Source of the DNA: Malacoraja senta
Lineage: Eukaryota
Direction of reading: 5' to 3'
Assembly: GCA_038087875.1 (NCBI GenBank)
Contig: CM075988.1
Location: forward strand, 21,454,001 to 21,518,000
DNA: 64,000 bases
Shown piece after piece: positions 11,600-24,607 of this stretch (the first letter of the stretch is position 1; each line of letters opens with the position of its first letter). The translations under genes were made by a program, and so were the position numbers. The notes beneath the pieces are model-generated. The model saw only the letters and a list, made by a program, of their open reading frames with translations. It was not told the origin of the DNA and searched no databases.

Positions 11600-12469
11600 T
11601 GATGCTCTTTAGCCAAATGGGTGGCACGATGGTGCAGCGGTAAAGCTGGTAAAGCTGGTAAAGCTACTGCCTTTCAGCGCCAGGGACCTTTTGTGTCTCT
11701 CTTCGGTTTAAACCAGCATCTGCAGTTCCTTCTTACACATTGTGAGAACAAGACTCTACCTTGGAAGTAGTGCAAGTGAGGGAGCAAGAACAACTCCTAG
11801 CTTCTGGTTATGGAAAAAAAGCAACTGCAGATGCTGGTTAATACACAAAAGGACACAGAGTGCTGGAGTAACTCAGCAGGTCAGGCAGCATCTCGTGAGA
11901 ACATGGATGGGTGATGTTTCCGGTCGAGACCCTTCTTCAGACTTGCGAACGTCCAAAGTCCAGTCCATGCGCTCGATGTACAGGAGCGGCCCCCGATCCA
12001 GGCGAGCTCCAGGCTGCAGCCGGGCCTCCTCCCTCTGAAAATAGGATCTCAACCCGAAACGATACCTATCTATGTTCTCCGCAGATGCTGCCTGACCTGC
12101 AGAGTTACTCCAGCACGTTGTGTCCTTTCCCACATTCTGTTTGCCTATCTCTTTAATTCTCCGTCCATCTCCAAACTGTCCACCTTTGGTCATTCCTTCC
12201 ATATTCCCTCCAGGAACCCAACTCATTCCCCGAAAAATCCTGTCAAGATTACAGACTTGCTGTGTTCACTGTATATTCCACACTTTTTACCTCACATAGA
12301 GGCGCAGCGGTAGAGTTGCTGCCTCACAGTGCCAGGGACCCGGGTTCGATCCTGACTACGGGTTTGTACGTTCTCCCCGTGACCTGCGTGGGTTTTCTCC
12401 GGGATCTTCGGTTTCCTCCCACACTCCAAAGACGTAGTTTAATTGGCTTGGTGTAAATGTAAATTAAAG

Positions 12470-12820
12470 ATTGAGATTAAAGATTAGATTTTATTTCTTG
12501 TCATTTGAACCTCAAAGAGGCTCAAACGAAACTCCGTTTCCACAGCCATACAAACAAAACAAATCCTACACGACACACAAACAATTCAATTTACAGAAAA
12601 ACATCCTTCACAGTGAATCTCCTCCTCACCGTGATGGAAGGCAAAGTCTTTTCTCTCCCCTGCACCATTTTTCTCCCGATGTTGAAGCCCAATGTCAAGT
12701 CCCACGGCCGTTGAGGCCGCGCCGGGGCGGTGTACGGCCTCGGTCCGGGCCCAAAGGTCACAAAGTTGGAGCCCCCGGCGGGCGCTGGAATGTCCCGCGG
12801 CCATAAAAGCCGCGCCGGGC
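12470..12820 (-). mobile_element. Unclassified non-autonomous retroposon with Rex-like tail, inserted in a SINE
   Basis: Homologous copy at about 17958-18245; minus-strand end AAATGACAA..AATAAA plus short tandem repeats. Confidence 0.55.
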
Positions 12821-13018
12821 GATATACAGAATATACAGAGAACACAGCAATTGTCCCTAGTGTGTGTCGCAGGCATGTGCCATGAGTAATTACCCAGGGT
12901 AGGCAGTCAGTCGGCTTTTAAAAAATCTTAAACCGCGCATGCGCAGATTGTTCTCCTCTCCGTAAGCTGGCAGTCAACTTTTATAACGTCTTCAAAAGCC
13001 ATATCTCTTAATAAATTA

Positions 13019-13090
13019 CCGTATTTCCCGGCAATGAAGACGCACCTGCATTGAAGACGCACCCCTATTTTGAGTTGCTAAATTTTGAAA
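13019..13090 (+). mobile_element. Tc1/mariner (Tc2-like) DNA transposon terminal fragment
   Basis: TA followed by CCGTATTTCCCGGCAATGAAGACGCACC with TGAAGACGCACC repeated; no partner TIR found. Confidence 0.4.
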
Positions 13091-14655
13091 GAAGGCTGGC
13101 GGGACATAGAATTTCTCACGCTCAAAAAAATAAAAAATGAAAATAAAGAAAGTAACAATTCAATTTGCCCAAGGTTTCCAAATCTCCTTCATTCTGAATT
13201 ACTGAATGGGTGGGGTGTGGAGGGTGATGGCAGGTGGAGAAATGGTGGGAAAAACGGGAGCACACTGGGACAAATTGAATCAGTTGTGATCTTATTGAAT
13301 GACAATACTAGTTCAAGGGACCAATTGGGGGGAGAGTTCCTTTCACAGTGTGTGGGGAGTCTGGCCAGGGGTAAAGTTGCGGGGAGGGCAGGAGCGTTGA
13401 GAAGGGGGGGGGTCGTTGGGCAGAAGGGCCACTATATCTCTAAACTAAACTAAACTAAATGATTGTAGACACAAAATGCTGGAGTAACTCAGCGGGTGTG
13501 GCAGCATCTCTGGAGAAAAGCACTGGGCGATGTTTCGGGTTGAGACCCTTCTTCAGACACATTAACGAAATAAAATAATCTAAATAAAATTAATTCTTAC
13601 ACACAAAATAAATGATTACCAGTCCGTAGAAAAATGAGGGAAACTTATCTCTTCAAGACGAACAATGTGCCATTTGAAAGACAGCTGTATCTTTGTACAT
13701 TCATAATGATATTCAGGTGACATTTACATCTTTTTGAGCATTTTATTTTTCAGCTCACGGCTCCACGTTTCATGTAATTAGATTTAATTTAATCATTTTC
13801 ATTCTTCTGAAAATTCTTTCTTCATTGTGATCAGAAAAAAACCAAGTGAATGGTCAAGATCTTTTATCTGAACAAAGTCCTTCTCTCATCAAGTCCCCAT
13901 TTAATTTAAATGATGTAATTAACTTACTTTTTCAAATAACTCATCTGCATTTGTCAGTTAAGCCAGCATATTAAGGTATGGTTATTTATACAGCAATTTG
14001 AATTTTCTAATCCTGTGCTTTTATATCGCTAACCTCCAAGGTGGCAATATTAACACGACCAGTGATAGAAAGTTTATCTTAGCTAATTGGACATGCAAGG
14101 AACTGCAGATCATAGGATAGATGTGATAGGATCAGAATTAGGCCATTCGGCCCATCAAGTCTACTCCGCCATTCAATCATGGCGGATCTATCTCGCCCTC
14201 CTAACCCCATTCTCCTGCCTTCTCCCCATAGCCTCTGACACCCATACTAATCAATAATCTATCTATCTCTCCCTTAAATATACCCACTGACTTGGCCTCC
14301 GCAGCCCTCTGTGGCAAAGAATTCCACAGATTCACCACCCTGAATCCAGATGCTGGTTTACAAAAAAAAAACAAATGCCGGAGTAACTGGGAGGGTTAAG
14401 CAGCATCTGAGCGGGAAAAGGATAGGTATTTTTAGCCTCCAGAAATGATCCATAACCTGCTGTGTTACTCTAGCAGTTCACGCAAGGAACTGCAGATGCT
14501 GGTTTGCACAAAGTTACTGAGTTACTCCAGCACTTTGTTTTTTTAAATCTTCTCTAATTCACTGACTTGCCTCTACGCCCTTGACAAATGGTGAATGATT
14601 TCAAACATTAGTTTTAATTGGAAGGCAATATTAATATAGAAGTATTTAAGAGAGA

Positions 14656-14958
14656 GGGCACGGTGGCGCAGCGTTAGAGTCGCTTCCTTAGAGCATGAGA
14701 GACCCGGGTCCGATCCTGACCACGGATGCTGCCTGTACGGAGTTTGTACGTTCTCCCTGTGACCGCGTGGGTTTCCAGGATGTCCGGTTTTGTAAAAACA
14801 CTGACGAAAGATGTACAGGTTTGCAGGCTAATTGGCTTAGTAAAATTATAAATTATCCCTAGTGTGTGCAGGATCATGCTAGGGTGCGGGGATCGCTGGT
14901 TGGATTGGACTCGTTGTGCTGAAGGGCCCGTTTCCTCTCCCAACTAAACTAAACTAAA
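14656..14958 (+). mobile_element. HE1-type SINE, near full length
   Basis: tRNA-like head, core, (CTAAA)n tail. Confidence 0.85.
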
Positions 14959-15759
14959 GAAACAAATATGGTATGATATTCCATCAATGATCAATACCAA
15001 AATGCAAGAGGCGGCTGAGATTAAGAAGGAGGAGGTGTTGGTGTTCTCCAAGTGCATTAAAAAATGAGTGGCTGCATAATGGTGCAGCTGGTAGAGCTGC
15101 TGTCTCACAGTGTAGGAGACCTGACCTTGATCCTGACCTTGGGTGCTGTCGGTGTGGAGTTTTCACGTTCTCCCTGTGATCTTGTGGGTTTACTCCGGGC
15201 GATCTGGATTCATCCCACACCCCAGTGTCGGTTTATTGGCCTCTGTGAATTGCCACTGGTGTGCAGCGGGTGGAAGAGAAAGTGGGATAACATAGAACTA
15301 GTGGGAACAGGTGAATTGATGTGTGAATAGACGCTCGGTATGGGCTCGATGGGTTGAAGGGCCTGTTTCCATGCTGTTTCTCCAAACTAATGGTTGCTCA
15401 CATGTTGACTATGGACAGGTCGAACTAGAGACTTAGGACAGTCACAAAAAGCTGGAGTAACTCAGCGGGTCAGGCAGCAGAAGTGTCCGAAGAAGAGTCT
15501 CGGCCTTAGTTTCAGACATACACCGCAGAAACAGGCCCTTCGGCCCAACGAGTCCGCACCGACCAGCGAGCCCCGCACATTAACACTAACCTGCACACAC
15601 TAGGGACAGTTTACACATACACCAAGCCAATTAACCTACATACCTGTACGTCTTTGGACCTGAAACGCTACCTATTCCTTCTCTCCAGAGATGCTGCCTG
15701 ACCCGCTGAGTTACTCCAGCTTTTTGTGTCCGTCTTCAAACCAGCATCTGCAGTTCCTT

Positions 15760-15944
15760 GGTAGACAAAAGTGCTGGAGAAACTCAGCGGGTGCAGCAGC
15801 ATCTATGGAGCAAAGGAAATAGGCAACGTTTCGGTCCGAAACGTTGCCTATTTCCTTCGCTCCATAGATGCTGCTGCACCCGCTGAGTTTCTCCAGCACT
15901 TTTGTCTACCTTCGATTTTCCAGCCTCTGCAGTTCCTTCTTAAA
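15760..15944. mobile_element. Short Penelope-derived element, subfamily 2, near-perfect 151-bp palindrome
   Basis: 15760-15910 is self-complementary with one arm mismatch; flanking duplication CATCTGCAGTTCCTT at 15745-15759 and 15945-15959. Confidence 0.8.
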
Positions 15945-16950
15945 CATCTGCAGTTCCTTCCTACACACGGAACTAGAGACCTCTCCGTTTGGAGATTTAG
16001 CGCAGCAATTAAAGATATCCACCTATCGAGACTCACAATGGGAATCCACAACCTATAATGCAGCTTAATGTAGACGCTGGAGAACTCGGAACAATTTGAT
16101 CGGTTTCAAATTTTCACCGCTCCAATTTGCATTGGATCGCAGTAACCAGAGTCTGTAGGGATTAGGTTAGCGGAGTTGTAGCTGGTCCAAAGGATCACTA
16201 CACAGTGGGTGGATGATAATGAGCCATGATTAATCTCACGTCTTGATTAGGGAATGTGATTGGGATTTTGGTTCCTACTGAGAATGGCAATTGTACGGAG
16301 GAAGTGCGAAGCAGATATTTGAATGGTAATACCGCAGAGACGAGCTCTTGTAATCTCAGAGCCTTTATTGGTTTTACAGAGTGCATTTTGTATTGAGCAT
16401 AAAATGTTATAAAGGTCCACCACTATGTAAAGTTCGTAACTGACCTAAACAGAGAAAGATTTCCCCAATAATCCTACAATAGAGAAAGGGTTGTTGCAAT
16501 CTATTCCTGGTTTCGTGGAATACAAAGAAATCTTTGGTGGTAGAAGATAAAGTGCCCAAATTTGCATCATTATAAAGACCTTTACATCCACTTCCGTTTG
16601 TTTAAGAGAGTTTCTCGATCATGTAACCAACTCAGTAGACCAAAAGGTCATGATTTGGTGGATAGCGTTTCAATAATGATGTCCCAAATGCACATTCGAA
16701 ACTCCGTTTGTTAACACAGCTCCTTGAACAATCTGCAGGTGTTAAGTGCAGAAAACAGATACCACATCGAGGTTTTATCAACAGGTCAGAAACATAGAGA
16801 CATAGAAAATAGGTGCAAGAGCTAGCCATTCGGCCCTTCGAGCCAGTACCGCCATTTAATATGATCATGGCTGATCATCCTAAATCAGTACCCCGTTCCT
16901 GCTTTCTTCCCATATCCCTTGCTTCCGTTAACCCTAAGAACTAAATCTAA

Positions 16951-17243
16951 TAGCCCTGTCCCACAGTACGAGTTCATTCCAAGGGCTCTCCCGAGTTTGC
17001 CCTGATTCGAACTCGGAGATTTATGGTAATGGCCACTCGTCGGTACTCGGGGCTCTCGTGGACATTTTTCATCATGTTGAAAAATCTTCACGAGTCTTCC
17101 CGTGCTTACCTGCCGTTAGCGCTAAGAGACGTCCCCGAGCTCCGACGTACCCGCTACGTTCATTCTCCGTGCTTACCACGAGTTTGATTTTTTTTAAACT
17201 CGGGAGAGCTCTTGGAATGAACTCGTACCGTGGGACAGGGCTT
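16951..17243. mobile_element. PIF/Harbinger-like MITE, internal type C, inside a CR1 3' end (16788-16950)
   Basis: Long TIR AGCCCTGTCCCAC.GTACGAGTTCATTCCAAG.GCTCTCCCGAGTTT; flanks TAA / AAA. Confidence 0.8.
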
Positions 17244-17592
17244 AAACTCTCTCTCTCTGTTCACTTGTGTGGGCATTGAAAATTAACTTCTATGTTTTAA
17301 TTTTGTTTACTTAAGGAACCTTTTCATTTCCAGACTTGCATTTCCATATAATTTCCTCTCAGGGGTGCTTCCCATGCACATACTTAATTAGCTTGAATGG
17401 TAGTGAAGTTCGGCAAACACAGCAGCCATGTTGTGTGAAGCAAGGAGACGCAAGGAGATAAATGGCTGCTTAATAAGCCAGGCTCATTCAACTTGGAGTG
17501 CAGGGATGTGAGCACTGAAGTACATTAGCATGACTCTGCTCTGAAGAATCAGAGGATATCTTATCAAAGACACTTCTCAGCACACTTTGAGT

Positions 17593-17881
17593 GGGACAGT
17601 GGTGCTGCTGCCTCACAGCGCCAGAGACCCGGGTTCAATTCTGACTACGGGTGTTATCTTTGTACGGGGTTTGTACGTTCTCCCTGAAACCTCTTGGGTT
17701 TTCTCCGGGTGCTCCCGTTTCCTCCCACACTCCAAAGATGTGCAGGTTTGTAGGTTAGTTGGCTTTGGTAAAGATTGTAAATTGTCCCTAGTGTGTTGGA
17801 GATCGCTGGTCGCCATGGACTCGGTGGGCCGAAGGGCCTGTTTCCGCTTTGTATCTCTCAACTAAACTAAACTAAACTAAA
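17593..17881 (+). mobile_element. HE1-type SINE
   Basis: Consensus match with (ACTAA)n tail. Confidence 0.85.
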
Positions 17882-19269
17882 CGTCTACTAAGTTTCATCC
17901 CATGTCCCAAAGGCGTGCGTGCTTGTAAGTTAATTGGCCTCTGTAAAAGTTGGAGTCGGATACAACACAATACAAATTTAGTGTCATTTGAACCTCAAAA
18001 GAAGTTCAAACAAAATTTGGTTTCTGCAGTCATACAACAAGAAAAGAACCAAGACACAACACAATTTACACAAACATCCATCACAGTGAATCTCATCCTC
18101 ACTGTGATGGAAGGCAAAGTCTTGTCTCTCCCCTGTGTTCCATTCTTCTCCTGATGTTAAAGCTCCCGGTGGGCGATGGCAAGTCCCGCGGCCATTAAGG
18201 CCGCGCCGGGTGATGTAAGGCCCTGCTCCGGGTCTCAATGTTGCTGCCACTGGCGGACGATAACATGGATAACATGAAACTAGCGTCTAACGGGTGATCG
18301 ATGGTCAGCGTGGACTCGGTGGGCTGAAGGGCCTGTTTCCATGCGGTATCTCTAAAAAAAGTTTATCTGGAGACTGTCCTGACATTCACTCCAAACTTTG
18401 CATTCAGCGATTCCAGCCTGGCGTCTCATTTGTTTTTCGTGTTTAAGGGCTAATTTGTGGTGGGGCCTGAACTCAGTTGGAATTCCAGAGAGATTGCAAG
18501 TAATTTATTTCACTTGTTACCTTAAGCAGTGACCCATCTGTGAACCAGATTTGAACTAGTGTCTTTCAATGTAAATACGCTCTATATAGACTCCAGCGCT
18601 GAATACTCTGTACAGGCAGCAGAAGTGGAATGTATGTACACTGCGGTCATCTAAACAGTTGGTATGTCAGTAATTTATGAGGAGAAGGGGAAAATAAGTG
18701 GATCTGTCAAATACACTAATCTACTAGTAACTGTGTTAAATTCTACTGGGTTTACCGTGTTAAATTCAATCATAAAAAATAGAAAATACAACCAGGATCC
18801 TAACTTATTGCAGCAGATATTTTTTCATTCTGGTATTTAATACTCTATAATAAAAAGGACAAGTAGGTGCCCAGGTTAAAGTTACTCAACTTCAGATATG
18901 AACTATGAGTAACAGGAGACTGTGAGCAATATCGGAACCATCTGTTGAACTGCGTTAAACTTTTGTTTAGGCGGTTACTGGAGAACTCCGTGTGTGTGGG
19001 GGTTTACTGTGTTAAACTGTTGTCCTTTGAACAAGGGAGAAGTGTGTGTTTTGGAGGGAAAGGCATTATTGGCAATCTGTGCGGTTGGTTCGCTGGGCTG
19101 AGATGTTGTCCGCCCTGCCTCGTTCACAGTGATTCTTTCACCCAGCCACTTCAAGCTCTCCTTTCCCTGCACACCAAGTGATACGCCAACCTCCCAATGT
19201 AAGCGTTTTAACCATCTGGCGGCCTTGAAAGTGGCGTCACGAGTTGACAGGGTGGACAAGAAGGTCTTC

Positions 19270-19568
19270 GGGCATGGTGGTGCAGCGGTAGAGTTGCTGC
19301 CTTGCAGCGCCGGAGACCCGGGTTCGATCCTGACTACGGGTGTTGTCTGTACGGAGTTTGTACGTTTACCCAAGACCTGCATGGGTTTTCCCCAGGTGCT
19401 CTGGTTTCCGCCCACACTCCCAAAGACGTGTTGGTTTGTAGGTTGATTTGGCTTCGGTAAAGGTCGGAACTTGTCCCTAGCGTGTAGGATAGTGCTGGTG
19501 TACGAGGTGATCGCTGGTCGGCCGAGGGGTCTGTTTCCCCGCTGTGTCTCTACACTAAACTAGACTAA
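19270..19568 (+). mobile_element. HE1-type SINE, full length
   Basis: A-box TGGTGCAGCGG, B-box GGTTCGATCC, core and tail. Confidence 0.85.
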
Positions 19569-20933
19569 TAGAGAGTCCCGGTACTTCTGTTTGCAGTCCT
19601 GTGGAGTTCACGTCTTCGTACGGCCTCAGGGCTCGGACATCACCTCGTACATTGAGCACCAGTCATGCAACGAAGGCAGGGAGCCAAGAGTCCGTGTTGC
19701 CATCACGGACATCAGACAAGCTTTCAAAAATAATGGTCTTCCCTGACTGAGTGGCACTGTGGGTCTGATTGCAATTTTTCCATCTGCACAGATGTGATTC
19801 TCAGTAATTATCTATTGATCATGAGTCAAGCGGACTGAGGCCATCATTAATCCTTCACAGGGCGGACATCATGGATCAATGACCAGGCTGTGGTGCCTGT
19901 CGCCGCTCACTCCTACTTCCCAACTCTGAGAGAAGTAACATTGTGGTCGTCCGAGTCTGTAAATGGCACGAATTGCTGGTAGCGGTAGCAATATTGGAAC
20001 TATCCGCAGCGGTAGAGTTGCTGTCTCACAGGGCCAGAGACCACGGGTGCAGTCTGTACGGAGTTTGTACGTTCTCCCCGTGACCTGCGTGGGTTTTCTC
20101 CAGGATCTAGATCCACAGCTCCCTAGTTTCCTCCCACACTCCAAAGATGCACAGGTTTGTACGCTAATTGACTTGGTAAAATTGTAAATAGTCCCCAGTG
20201 TGTGTAGGATATCGTCAGTGCGCTGGGCAGCATGGATTCGGTGGGCCGAAGGGCCTGTTTCTGCGTTGCATCTCTAAACTAAATGAAAGTAAACTAAATA
20301 TCATTTCTTTCCTCGGACTCTACAAGTATATTGTAGATTACTTTGTACCATTTTGAAGGTAATGCTATCCAATTCAACTGGGGCCAATGCCCGAGATGTA
20401 GGTTGGTTGTGTGACCCACTTGCACTAAAGTCTCGTTGGCTCCAGGGATGACTTTCACACCCATTCACACCTGTCTATTGTCTATTGTCTATTGAAAGAG
20501 ATCAGGAACCTTGTCTCCTGGTGTCAAAACAACAACTAATCCTTAACATGGATAGGAATGGGTGACATTTCGGTCTGAAACTGAGACTGAAGAAAGGTAT
20601 CGACCTAAAACGTCACCCATTCCTTCTTGCCAGAGATGCTGCCTGTCCTGCTAAGTTACTCCATCAGTTTGTGGCTATCTTCGGTGTCAACCAGCATCTG
20701 TAGTTCCTTCCAACACAACTAACCCTTAACTCCAACAAGATGGAAGAATTGGTTAAAGCAGACAACTAAGGAACTACAGATGAAAAAGAAAACACACAAA
20801 GTGCTGGAGTAACTGAGCGGGCCAGGCAACATCTCTGGAGTTCATGGATGGGTTGCTTTTCAGATTGGGATTCTTCTTCAGATTAATGAGCTGAGGAAGC
20901 AAGGAGCTGAACGCAACCTAGTCCTCATCAATG

Positions 20934-21616
20934 GACAATAGACAACAGACAATAGATGCAGGAGTAGGCCATTCGGCCCTTCGAGCCAGCACCGCCATTC
21001 AATGTGCTCATGGCTGATCATCCCCAATCAGCACCCCGTTCCTGCCTTCTCCCCATATCCCCTGACTCTGCTATCTGTAAGAGCCCTATCTAGCTCTCTC
21101 TTGAAAGTATCCAGAGAACCGGCCTCCACCTCCCTCTGAGGCAGAGAATTCCACAGCCTCACAACTCTGTGAGAAAAAGTGTTTCCTCATTTCCGTTCTA
21201 AATGGCTTACTCCTTATTCTTAAACTGTGGCCCCTGGTTCTGGACTCCCCCAAAATCGGGAACATGTTTTCTGCCTCTGGCGTGTCCAAACCCTTAACAA
21301 TCTTATATGTTTCAATAAGAAGCCCTCTCATCCTTCTAAACTCCAGAATGTACAAGCCCAGCTGCTCCATTCTCTCAGCATATGACAGTCCCGCCATCCC
21401 GGGAATTATCCTTGTAAACCTACGCTGCACTCCCTCAATAGCAAGAATGTCCTTCCTATAATTAGGGGACCAAGACTGCACACAATACTCCAGGTGTGGT
21501 CTCACTAGGGCCCTGTACAACTGCAGAAGGACCTCTTTGCTCCTATACACGACTCCTCTTGTTATAAAGGCCAACATGCCATTCGCTTTCTTCACTGCCT
21601 GCTGTACCTGCATGCT
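20934..21616 (-). mobile_element. CR1-clade LINE, 5'-truncated, young subfamily with (CTATTGT)n tail
   Basis: KKANGMLAFITRG...[19 protein letters not shown]...GVQRRFTR...RTRGHSLRI; closely similar copies at 28645, 34925, 36952, 38082, 51592. Confidence 0.9.
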
Positions 21617-21972
21617 TGGAATTTTAGACTTTAGAGATACAGCGCGGGAACAGGCACTTCAGCCCACCGAGTCCACGTCAACCAGCGATCACTCCTTACA
21701 CTAGCACTATCCTACACACTGGGGACAATTTACCATTTCACCTGGCAACCATGGCAACATCCTCATAAATCTTCTCTAAACCCTTTCCGGATTGACAACG
21801 TCTTTCCTACTACGTGGTGTCCAAAACTGAAGACAATACTCTAAATGTGGCCTCACCAATGCCTTATATAACTGTAACATGACCTCCCATCTTCTATACT
21901 CATTTCACCTCCTCTTTGCTAATTGAGGATGATTACAACCCTTCTTCTCCAAACCTGACCTTCCCTCCCCCA

Positions 21973-22321
21973 TCCGCGCCGACCAACCATCCCCGCACAC
22001 TAACACTATCCAACTCACACTACAATTTTACCGAAGCCAATTAACCTATAAACCTGAGATAGACACAAAAAGTTGGAGTAACTCAGCGGGACAGGCAGCA
22101 TCTCGGGAGAGAAGGACTGGGTGACGTTTCGAGTCGGGACCCTTCTTCACACTGGAGTGACCTGAAACGTCACCCATTCCTTCTCTCCATGGATGCTGCC
22201 TGTCCCGCTGAGTTACTCCAACTTTTTGTGTCTATCTCAGGTTTATAGGCTAATTGGCTTCGGTAAAATTGTAGTGTGTGTAGGATAGTGTTAGTGTGCG
22301 GGGAAGGTTGGTCGGCGCGGA
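21973..22321. repeat. Inverted duplication with about 158-bp arms (SINE piece plus Penelope-derived piece)
   Basis: 21973-22130 matches the reverse complement of 22164-22321 including private variants. Confidence 0.8.
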
Positions 22322-23369
22322 CCCCACGGTCTGCTGAAGAGTCTGTTTCCGCGCTGTATCTCTAAAATAAATTAAACTAAACAAGTGCTGAGGTAATTAT
22401 CTTCAGGGGGGCACAGTTGCGCCAGTTTGTACAATCCCCTACATGGTCGCTGTCTTGCGGTACATGCTAATGTGAGATAATGTCAACTCTTTCACAGTAG
22501 AATAAGCGGTTTTAATTTGATCCTGAAGGGGGGAAAAGAAAGAAAACAAAATCACTCGACTGTTTTAGTGAAGTTTATGACAAGTAAAAATGTGTAATAA
22601 TCAGGCAGCAAACTGCACCTCACTGCATGGGGATTAATGCCAGATATCAACAAGAAGTATATTATCCTACGCATGTGTTTTTTGAAAAGGCTTTTCAACG
22701 GTGACAATTAATTCATCAATGCGCCACTTTAATGAATCGCAGTTGCTAATAAATCTGTAATCTTGTCACTACTCAATGATTTGATGCCATCTGCACAGTT
22801 TATCATTAAGCATTCCATCAGAATGATTGGCCTATCCACTGCTCAGTGTATATGCCTTACATTGCCTTCGGATGCCATTAAACCTGAAGCAATTCAGAGA
22901 TGTTGCTAGCTGTTGGAGTCATTGCTGGTTTATGTTACAGCAGTGCTTGCTGTAACCATCTGTGAACTCCTCACAGCAGTCCTTACCCCAAACTATACGC
23001 ATCTTTGGCTGCTAAATTTCATTGCCTGCCTGCAGTCATATTTTGCATTGACCACGCTCTCATCTCACAGCCATCGATCACAGAAGGCTGTGGATGAGGC
23101 CAAGTCAATGGCTATTTCTAAGGTGGATTTTGACGGATTCTTGATTAGTACGGGTGTCGGGGGTTATGGGGAGAAGGCAGGAGAATGGGGTTGGGAGGGA
23201 GAGATAGATCAGCCAGGATTGAATGGGGAGTCGACTCGATGGGCCGAATGGCCTAATTCTGCTCCTATAACAAATTAACTTATGAACGGGAAGAAGGTGC
23301 AGGTGCCTGAGAACCATGATCTCCGGGTTCGAGAACAGCTTCTTCCTTCAACCAACGAACCTTGAATCA

Positions 23370-24607
23370 CAGGCAGCATCTCTGGAGTAAAGGAATAGGT
23401 GATGTTTCGGGTCGAGGCCCTTCCTCAGATTGAGAGTCAGGGGAGAGGGAGGCATGGAGATAAGGAAGGGTAAGGTGTGAAAACAAGACATCAAAGAAAA
23501 TGTAGAACAGATCATTGTTAGCTTAGAGAAGGTGACAACGAAACACACAGATCAAATGTAATCAGGGGGACAATCAGACTGGTCGGGGAACTAGGACGGG
23601 GGAGGGATGGAGAGAGAGGGAGCGCAAGGGTTCAAGATTCAAGATTCAAGAGAGTTTATTGTCATGTGTCCCTGATAGGACAATGAAATTCTTGCTTTGC
23701 TTCAGCACAACAACATAGTAGGCATGACTACAGAACAGATCAGTGTGTCCATATACCATTATATAAATATATACACACATAGATACATAGATACATAGAA
23801 ATTAGGTGCAGGAGTAGGCCATTCGGCCCTTCGAGCCTGCACCGCCATTCAATACGATCATGGCTGATCATCCAACTCAGTATCCCGTACCTGCCTTCTC
23901 TCCATACCCCCTGATCCCTTTAGCCACAAGGGCCACATCTAATTCCCTCTTAAATATAGCCAATGAACTGGCCTCAACTACCCTCTGTGGCAGAGAGTTC
24001 CAGAGATTCACCACTCTCTGTGTGAAAAAGTTTTTCCTCATCTCGGTCTTAAAGGATTTTCCCCTTATCCTTAAGCTGTGACCCCTTGTCCTGGACTTCC
24101 CCAACATCGGGAACAATCTTCCTGCATCTAGCCTGTCCAACCCCATAAGAATCTTGTACGTTTCTATAAGATCCCCTCTCAATCTCCTAAATTCTAGCGA
24201 GTATAAGCCAAGTCTATCCAGTCTTTCTTCATATGAAAGTCCTGACATCCCAGGAATCAGTCTGGTGAATAAATGAACTGATAAAGTGCAGATATACAGA
24301 TAATGGGCTATTAATGTTCAGAGTTTTCTCCGAGTCACGTTTAATAGCCTGATGGCTGTGGGGAAGTAGATATTCCTGAACCTGGTCGTTGCAGTCTTCA
24401 GGCTCCTGTACCTTCTACCTGAAGGTAGTGGGGAGATGAGTGTATGGCCAGGATGGTGTGGGTCCTTGATGATGCTGCCAGCCTTTTTGAGGCAGCGACT
24501 GCGATAGATCCCCTCGATGGCAGGGAGTACTTGAAGTTAGAGAAGTTAATATTCATACCGCTGGTATGTAAGCTGCCCAAGTGAAATATGAGGTGCTGTT
24601 CCTCCAA
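23370..24607 (-). mobile_element. Triple nest: Penelope-like 3' end interrupted by Rex1/Babar (23633-24524), itself interrupted by CR1 (23780-24270)
   Basis: GCAAGGGT rejoins TACTTGAAGTTAG across the Rex copy; CR1 piece encodes an uninterrupted 123-aa ORF2 end; EEQHLIFHLGSLHTSGMNINFSNFK at 24525-24607. Confidence 0.75.
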
